A stretch of DNA of 32,915 nt, taken from positions 1 through 32,915 of the forward strand of contig BDIP01000083.1 in the NCBI GenBank assembly GCA_003568945.1. The letters run 5' to 3'. The position numbers and the translations under genes are program-made. Position 1 is the stretch's first letter, and each line of letters starts with the position of its first letter. Of the stretch, positions 24,448-32,915 are shown one piece after another. Source of the DNA: Kipferlia bialata. Taxonomy: Eukaryota. Under the pieces are notes generated by a model that saw only the letters and a list, made by a program, of their open reading frames with translations, did not search any database and had not been told where the DNA came from.

Positions 24448-24632
24448 CTGTTCTAATACCATGTAAACACAGCAATAATCAATACAACAAGGAACGCTTG
24501 GGTATTTTATACAATGAGCACACGGGGAAAATACAATTAACACAAACAATCTGCAACACATCACAGACCACAATAGGCATGATTAAACGGTTCCAAGCCT
24601 AGCAAATGTGCAGCCAACAGGTGACACTGACA

Positions 24633-27600
24633 TCAGAGTGTCCTGTCCCTACCCTCTGGCGCTGCACTCCACTCTCTCTCTCTCTCTCCCTCTACGGCGA
24701 ATCCCTCCATGCTCTCTCTCTCTTCCTCCTCTGCTATGAGTCTCTCTCTCTCCCTCTCTCTCTCTAGATCCTCTGCAGAGTCTGACCCAGCAGAGACAGG
24801 CCGGGACTGGATGTCCCTGCAGTCAGTACAGAGACAGATGGGGTATACGGCACATAGCACATAGGATATCATACATTAACCTTATACAACCAGGAAGGGG
24901 TATATACATAGGAAGGAAGGGAAGAGGGTTGTGATAAGAAGGGGGGTCTATACAACAGAGTATCACACTACCACCTCTCCCCCACCTTATGCTGCCCCAG
25001 TATGTGTCCATGGTGGGTCGGTGCACAATCCTCAGGGGACCGGCAGGGAGGCGGCTGGTCGACTTCCTAAGGTGAGGGATGCAACATGCACAACCGAATA
25101 CTCGACGGATACCCACATGTATGTGAGTGAAGGGGATCACCGGACAGAAAATGCATCTCCATTACACGGGACAGAGAGATGGGAGTGAGTTGGCTATACT
25201 GGGAGTTTACATATCAGTTCTAGCCCCAGCACCTAAATCACTATCTCCATAATCACACACACACACATATGTATACATATGCATATACATGTATATACCT
25301 CATGAACGGGGCTGCCACCATGTTGATGGGCCAGGTATCCAGCAGCATAGAGTACATCCTGGGGGTGAATGGGTATAAGAGTGAACAGGCACGTACAAAC
25401 AGATGGGTATACACAGAGTCACAGAGTCAGAGGGGTATGAGTAGTGTCTACAATAACCACTCATACACTGCATACATTTGTCACGTACTTTCTCTCCATC
25501 CTCTTCCGCAGAGGGGGCCGGTTGACCTGAGAGTCAGAGTGGATGGAAGGAAGAGTGGTTGGGGAGGGGACGCATAACTCTCACTATGAACTACATATTC
25601 ATGTCAGACCCACCTTAGTCCTGAGGGTGTTGATGGTCTTAGGGGCCCTGATACTCACAAGAGCACCCAGGGAGCCTAGGGGGTGAGACAGAGTCACAAA
25701 ATTAGAGAGAACACGCGTCATCAGCCACCCTATACCCCTACATAGGAACCCCTCGTGTCTGCTGAACAGCATCAGTATCAGAATATACACATACTCAATA
25801 GACTATCTCTGTGCATCTTCTATGAGTATATATAGATGTTGATGCATACCTAGGAACCCCTCGTGTCTGATGAACAGGGGGTGTATGAGGCCTGTGGACC
25901 AGTACCCCAGGGCATAGGTGATGGTGGCAAGGGTCACTGGGTATCAGTACCAGTATCGGATATGGTATCGGATACATATCCTATACACTAAACACTATAC
26001 ACATTCTATATACTGATACTGATACGTGATGGCAAGGGTCACTGGGGTGAAAGGGGGTGAGGCATTGAGTAAGAGGTTTGTATACTGGAGTGAACAGCAG
26101 AATGGGATATCTGCCCATGTATACTAGCATGTAATACAATACATTATACCACTACCTGGGTGATGTCTCATGAAGTACCCCCCGAAGAAGACCCTCTGGA
26201 TACCAGCCTTCTTGGCATTGTGGAAGGCAAGCTGGAAGTGAGAAGAGGAGAGAGAGAGAGAGAGAGAGAGGAGGTAGTAGAGACTCGGCAAAGAGGCTAT
26301 ATACCCACCACCACAGATGCAGCTAATACACCACCATACCTGCCCCACATTCAGCGACACCATCTTCAACAGTGAGCACAGGACATCAGCTGAGCAAAAG
26401 GGTGCAGCGTCTGAGGCGTCTTGACCCATGGAGAACCCACTTGGATCCACAGCTTCCTCTCCCCCTCTCTCTCTCTCTCCATCTACACTAGTGGCCATAC
26501 ACTCACACGCCGGCCTCTCTCTCCCCCTCCCACTTGTACACTCCCTATCTCTATCTCTGTCCATGTCAGTGGGTGCCTGTCTCAATGGCTCTAGCATGGC
26601 AGGGCCCTCAGCCTCAGGGTCGGCATCATGGCTGGCAACCTGACAGTCAGTATACTGATACTGATACTGATACAGTTACCACTGGACTGTGAGGATATGA
26701 TGTATATATGGTATGCCCCCGTCTGAGACTATACTTGATACACTATCCATGAAACACAAATGTATACATACTGATACCTCCATCTGGCATGATATGTGAT
26801 ATACTATCCATGATGTATATGTGTATAAATATGTATATATATATATGCATACATACTGATACCTCCATCTGGCATGATATGCAGTTGCAGCTGGCAGCAG
26901 CCTCTCTGGCTTCCTTGGCAGGGGCCCTGGTGACCTGGGGGTGAGTGGTATGTTTGTATATATGTATATGTATATACAAGGCCGACAGGGTCAGTACACT
27001 CCACGCTATAGTGATCTACACTCATATCGGACCCATACACCCTCTCACCTTAGCGAATGAACTGGCTATGGTGTCCTTGGGCAGTCCCATTGTGAGGTAG
27101 TCTTCTCCATAGATGTCGCCAACCTCCATGTCCACCTGGGGGTCAGGGTAGATGCAACTGTATATGTAGAGCTGTGATTCGAACATCTAAAATTTACACG
27201 GTAGCTAGGGTGCATAGTGTGTATACATATATTCCACCCACCCTGCCCGAGTTGCCCTCCTTGGCCAGTCTCAAGATGGTGTCAAAGTCCGATATCCCAG
27301 TCAGCACCCGGCCTAGGCCCCAGAAGGTGCCCCCGCCTATGGTGCTTCCATCAACTCTGGGAGAATGAGTGTGGCGGAGAGGGAATAGTGGGTGGGGTAG
27401 GGGGGTATATATCTGGGGATGACCGTACCTCTCAAACGTGTATGGCCCCGTGACTACAATGAAACTGACACCCGAACCTGGGAGTGAGTAAAGAGTTGAG
27501 TGTGAGCATGGGGAAATGGGGACAGGACAAGAATGGATCCGGAGTTCCGAATATGCAAGAAGACACATGCTATATATATGTGTATCACCCATATCACATA

Positions 27601-28013
27601 CACCGTATCATACACCCATCGCACTCACCCACGTTCACCAAGAGGTAGGGGTAGGGGTTGGCACAGGGGACATACTGAACAGGCTGGGGGGCGTTTGAAC
27701 GGTACCTGGATGAGAACAGACAAGACACTTGAGTGAACACCAGAGTTGATATACATATACTCTACCATTCACTACCTATACGCAGACCCATTCGGCCGTT
27801 CCCTAAGCAGGAAATTGAGGCCGGTGATAACACTTCTGAAGATTAGAGCGGCAGAGATGAGGGGGGAGAGGTACTCTCTTACATACTGACACTGTCTCGA
27901 ACACACACATATACGAATAGGTAGTGTCCCTCACCTGATTTCGTCACAGACATGGAGTGTGAAGGGGGTGGAGGACTCAATCAGAGACCTGGATATGAGG
28001 AGAGAGAGAGAGG

Positions 28014-28044
<31 letters not shown>

Positions 28045-28437
28045 GCCAGGGCATCAGAGATGGATGACTCAATCAGAGATCTGGCTATGAGGACAGAGAG
28101 GGGGTATGGTGATAGTGATATATATATAGAGGGGTGTGCACTACCTGTACTTAACAGCCCCTCCCCCCGTGGCTCTGAGCAGTGTGTCACAGATCTGGCC
28201 TGGGGTAAAGGAGTCACCTGGAACACAAGGAGTCATGAACACAATATACATGACATTATAATACTATATGTACACTAATAGGCGTCAATGTATGAGCAAG
28301 CACCACCCGTACCCAGCTCATGCACCATCAGGAACTCGATGAACACCCTGATCTCATTGGTCAGGAACTGGAAGAAGTGGATGACACCACCGAGGAGGGC
28401 AGCTGGGGTGAGTGGGTATGGGTATGGGTATGGGAGG

Positions 28438-28479
<42 letters not shown>

Positions 28480-28848
28480 ACTGGAGCCTCACCTGAGTTG
28501 TCTCTGGCCCGGGGGCACCGTCAGAGTCTCCCACTATCAGAGGTGGTGTATCGTCTCCTGCTGAACAGGTAGGGTGGGCTGCTTCTGTTGGGTGGTCATC
28601 TGATGAGAGAGTGTGGAAGTGGGACATACACGCCGACAAGGACAATTCCACAGAGAGGGATGAGCCTCTTCTCTCTACCCCCCCCTCCTCTACTCACTCT
28701 ATAGGATATCCAATGTATTCTGACAACTAACACGAAAAGTGTGTGGCTAGCGACACGAGTAGCCGCACACCATACAACGCTACTCCCTACCTCCCTGACT
28801 CGGGCCAGAGCATGTAGCCTCTACATGCTCATCCTGGTCCATAGGCAT
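24633..28848 (-). CDS. PANK: Pantothenate kinase, eukaryotic type II (fumble family), multi-exon
   Basis: Spliced peptides GGVIHFFQF, ATGGGAVKY, DEIRSVITGLNFLL, YPYLLVNVGSGVSFIVV, ERVDGSTIGGGTFWGLGRVLTG, GNSGRVDMEVGDIYG, GLPKDTIASSFAK, DVLCSLLKMVSLNVGQLA, RVFFGGYF, LFIRHEGFLGSLGA are the canonical PanK II motifs. Putative ATG at 28848; stop at 24633 after a C-terminal extension. Confidence 0.95.
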
Positions 28849-29076
28849 TGTCTACTTTAAGAAGAGAGGAGATGTTTACTAAGTAAGTTAGTTACTTTGT
28901 GCGTAGACAGTCTACGGTAGACTCAAGCAAAATGCCAAACAAGGGGCTTGATATTAATAGCATGGTGACACAAAACAACGTCTCTATCATCACCTGTTGA
29001 GGCAGCACCCCACATACCATCCCCTGTCCTCCCCCTTGCCCTCCTAGCCCTCCTCTATCTGCTCCCCCTTGTGTAT
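28849..29076. promoter_or_regulatory. Short putative bidirectional promoter between PANK and the + strand gene
   Basis: Head-to-head gene starts about 230 bp apart; several dyad motifs at 28876-28923. Confidence 0.45.
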
Positions 29077-30551
29077 ATGGGTGCCCCCGACCCACACCCT
29101 GGGCCCATGCCCAGCAAGGTACATATACATAAACACTTATATATATATGAGTGTATATATATATTCATGTATACTCCTTTATAGATGTATTACTTTGGAG
29201 TCCCTGACCCACACCCTGGGCCCATGCCCAGCAAGGTATATAGTGATACATATGTTATTGACTATGTATAGACTACACTATATACTGTATTGCTATGTAT
29301 AGACTATATTATGTATTGCTCTATGGCTGTTATTATTTTGTAGTCCCTGACCCACACCCTGGGGCCATGCCCAGCAAGGTATATATATGTATATACACTA
29401 TATATATATATATGTATATATATTTGCATGTATACTACTTTATAGCTGTTATAATTATGTAGTCCCTGACCCACACCCTGGGCCCATGCCCAGCAAGGTA
29501 TATATATGTATATATATAGACTATACTATACACCACATATAGCTGTGTTAATAACATACTGTACATATTGTGATACTGTATATGTGGCCCTTGACTGCAT
29601 AACTAAGTGTATGAATGTGTATTTCCCCCCCCCCCTCCCTCTCCCACTTCTGTGTATTCATCTCTCTCTTTCTCCCCCCCCCTCCCCCTATCTCTTCTCT
29701 CCACATTTATCTCTCTCTGACCCCAGGCTCTGTATCGCACTGGCTTGGCTAAGGGGCTGTATATAAATAAAGATAATGAAAACCAGTGAAGTATATATAT
29801 ACATATGAATCTTCTTACCTCAGGACCTGTATGGCACTGCCTTGGCTGATAGGCTGTTGCAATGGACCATATATTCATACATAGTGTACATCTTTATTAA
29901 TCAACTCATTTATCTTACGCATAGGACCTGTATGGCACTGCCTTGGCTGAGAGACTGGCTGCTGCACTGGAGAAAGCTGGTACAAAGGGAGAGGTATGTA
30001 TATATCTATCTATCACAGTATATATAGAGAGATAGATAGAGAGAGAGAGAGAGATTCATGCTTGAATGTATATATGGAGTACTGGTTCGGAGAGGGTCAG
30101 TGCACATGGAGAGGTAAATATATATGTGTCGATTGAATGGACACTCATTTCTCTATCTGGCCTCTGTGCCTCTCCTACGTCCGGTAGGTTTTATGCATAC
30201 ACGCACACACATGTATATACTTATTTATATATATATGTGTGTGTGTGTGTGTATATTTCTCAATACCTAACCCCAGTACCTGTCCTACATCCACCGTGAC
30301 TATTTATTAGTGTATATATCGATATATACACTTATATCTATGTATGTCCTTAATAGTTGAGCATGTATACATCTAACCCCAGTACCTGTCCTACATCCAC
30401 AGGGACTACTGTGGCCATGGACTGCAGTACAAGCAGGGCAGGTAACGATAGTATTCATATGTATGTGTGTATACAGTAACATTGTGTGTAATACATAATA
30501 GTGATAATGTGGGCATGGACTGCAGTTCAAGCAGGGAAGGTAGTGTATACA

Positions 30552-30590
<39 letters not shown>

Positions 30591-31618
30591 CATACATTCA
30601 TGGTTCTTACATATTTTACATATGAGTTATACTGTGGCCATGGACTGCAGTACAAGCAGGGCATGTGGTATGCTATCAATAGATACTGTATATATGACTT
30701 TCAATATAGGACTTTCAACTTCCATCTATTAACTCTGCTCTGGCCAATCTGGTATATTTTCTAGCTATGAGCTCATGGAGGTCTATGACTATCATATATA
30801 CCTCTATATCATACCTATGTATATACATTAATACATATATGCATCTATGACATTGCATAACCCCCCCAGCTATGAGCTCATGGAGGTCTATGACGGGTAT
30901 CCAAGTGACACAATCGAGGTTGAATATTGTTATGATTGTCCATATATGTATATATTCAAAAGAATATATGTATACACTTTGATGCCCGTACTTGGCACTC
31001 CAAGATGGTCTTTGTCTCCTATCCATATATTACATTTGACATAACTATTTGATTGCTACATACATATATACAATAGTACCAATATCCAGACCTGGCACTC
31101 CAAGAATGCCTTAGTCTCCTTCATTCCCTATTACTACTGAATTCCTACTGTATATATATACTATTTCTGATAGTATTAATGACCAGACCTGGCACTCCAA
31201 GCGTGCCTTTGTCTCCTTCTTTGCTGACCAGTCCGACCTGTCGTGCTCGGGGGCAGACCAGAAGGGGCCAAAGTGAGTGTAGTCTAAATACGTATATGTA
31301 TGTGTAGATCTGGGTACCAGTATATGTGATTACACAAGCACACAGTGAGAGAAATTAATTCATATACGCCACAACCAGTTCCTCTTTCAGTACACATTAA
31401 GGTATTTCTCTGATGGCTCCTTGTATACTGAGAATCGTAATTAGTATATTGTCACTCTTTACCTTCCTGGGATATCACATGCATATTCTTAAGTTAAGAG
31501 TCTGAACCATGCTGAATTCGTTTGCTCACTATTTAGGTGTTTCTCAGGTGGCTCCTGGTATGTTGGCAACCAGAGGCTGACGAGGGAGAGATTTGAGGAG
31601 TTCATCAAGAAGCACTGA
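29077..31618 (+). CDS. Small hypothetical protein (~128 aa) with HRDYCGxGL..YDG..QSD..GNQRLTR motif, 6 exons
   Basis: Exons 29077-29118, 29925-29993, 30383-30441, 30870-30918, 31187-31272, 31537-31618 join in phase: MGAPDPHPGPMPSKDLYGTALAERLAAALEKAGTKGEYLSYIHRDYCGHGLQYKQGSYELMEVYDGYPSDTIETWHSKRAFVSFFADQSDLSCSGADQKGPKCFSGGSWYVGNQRLTRERFEEFIKKH*. Start codon uncertain. Confidence 0.8.
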
Positions 31619-32100
31619 GTAACCATAGGTTGACTCTCTAATAGGCAAAACAGAGACTCTATTCTGTTAGAGACACAGTATTGGTAGAGAGAGAGGCTGG
31701 AGGAGTTCATCAAGAAGTACCTAGAATAGTATTGATCCTCAGAGCTTTTACAAGCTAGAATGGCTCGATATGATGTTGGAAATATAGAATGAGACAGTGT
31801 GAGAGGCTGGAGGCGTACATCGAGATCAGTACTGGGTAGGTGGCAATGGAGATAATCGCAATTCTGTTTGAAATGGATTCTCGGAGAGAGAGAGGTAGAG
31901 AGAGCTGCTGGAGGGGTTCATCAAGAAGTACTGACTCAGTTTCTGAGTAATTCTCTTGAGTATCAATCATGATACTCTCTTTTCTGTGTAAAATAGATGT
32001 GGGGGGGCAGGACTTGTAAGAGTTCATTGATTCACTGAAGCATTGATAATAGAAAATACCTGTTAGATACTCATTCTGTAAGAAATAGAGTATCTTGGCA
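31585..32100 (+). repeat. Degenerate ~105-bp tandem repeat derived from the last exon and 3' flank of the 29077-31618 gene
   Basis: GAGAGRSTGGAGGAGTTCATCAAGAAGYAC-like units at ~31586, 31690, 31800, 31900, 32015. Confidence 0.75.
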
Positions 32101-32314
32101 TACTAGTGATTACTCTGACTGTATTTGACACTGTCACAAGATCAAGTACCCATAAGCCAACAAAAGAAAACTATTTATACACTGTAGAGTATATACATAT
32201 ATCCACTCATACGCACAGAGGGCATCTCTAGCGTAACAATTACATGGTCACAATCCACCTCCCCCTCTCTCCCTCTCTACATACAATCTACTATCTCTCT
32301 ACCATCTCTCTACT

Positions 32315-32915
32315 CTACTTCTTCTTGCCCTTGATCAGAGCGGCATCTGCTGCCTCAGCTGCCTTCTTCTCCTGGGGTAAGTATATGTATGTACTAATAT
32401 ACTACAGTGTATAGATTATTAGAGTATATAGAGTATATATGAATATGTGTATATATATATGTGTATAAATGATCAAGATAGTAGTCTGCTGCCTCAGCTG
32501 CCTTCTTCTCCTGGATAGGTTGGGTATATTAAAACTTACACGTACATAGACGTATACAGAAGAGCGCATATATATATAGGTACATGTAGAAAAATGTTCA
32601 ATATAGTAATATGCTGCCCCAGCTGCCTCTAGTAGGTTAGGAATATACATGAAAATTGTGTATGCATTCACATGTCTATATATATTGTGTGGGGGATACA
32701 ATGTACCTTCCTCTCCTCCCACTGTTCGGCTGTTGGCATGGAGAACTCATCTGGGGGTGAGAGAGACACATAAATATACTAATAATTAATCAATCAAAGA
32801 TTATATGCATATTCAAGCATATCTAAACATAGGTATCCCATCAGATGGCATGGAGAACTCAGGGACAAATTCTGAGGGAGGGGGGGGGGGGGGGCATTAT
32901 AAACAAATAAAAAAC
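32315..32915 (-). CDS. 3' end of an unidentified multi-exon gene
   Basis: Exons DEFSMPTAEQWEERK (~32750-32707) and EKKAAEAADAALIKGKKK* (~32371-32315) with CCCCAG acceptors, GT donor and echo copies in the intron. Confidence 0.7.

Noticed and set aside
28442..28478. G37 run (also G run at ~32880) as a G-quadruplex element or polyproline/polyglycine coding tract
   Set aside because: Intronic by splice signals, and long G homopolymers are a common sequencing or assembly artefact
28932..29010. MPNKGLDINSMVTQNNVSIITC-TGA-G as a selenoprotein start
   Set aside because: Out of frame with the downstream exon, no selenoprotein homology recognised and no SECIS identified

Overview
Eukaryotic, very intron-rich protist DNA. 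The TA/GA microsatellite introns and a branch point fused to the 3' splice site (CTVAC-C3-5-AG) suggest a free-living metamonad such as Kipferlia (inference). Almost all ORF-track entries are spurious; the real genes are small GC-rich exons, which I joined by hand using GT-AG sites and phase. Contents: a 5'-truncated UPF2 (NMD factor) gene with about 55 exons (1-19853, +); a 4-exon hypothetical gene (-); a ~1.2-1.35 kb tandem duplication of an orphan gene (-); a eukaryotic type II pantothenate kinase (-); a divergent small gene with a HRDYCG...YDG...QSD...GNQR motif (+); and the 3' end of another gene (-). The most striking signal is that many introns carry serial 'echo' copies of the edge of the adjacent exon together with its splice site. 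Acceptor+exon-start copies lie upstream and exon-end+donor copies lie downstream, and they differ from the exon and from each other mostly by synonymous changes.
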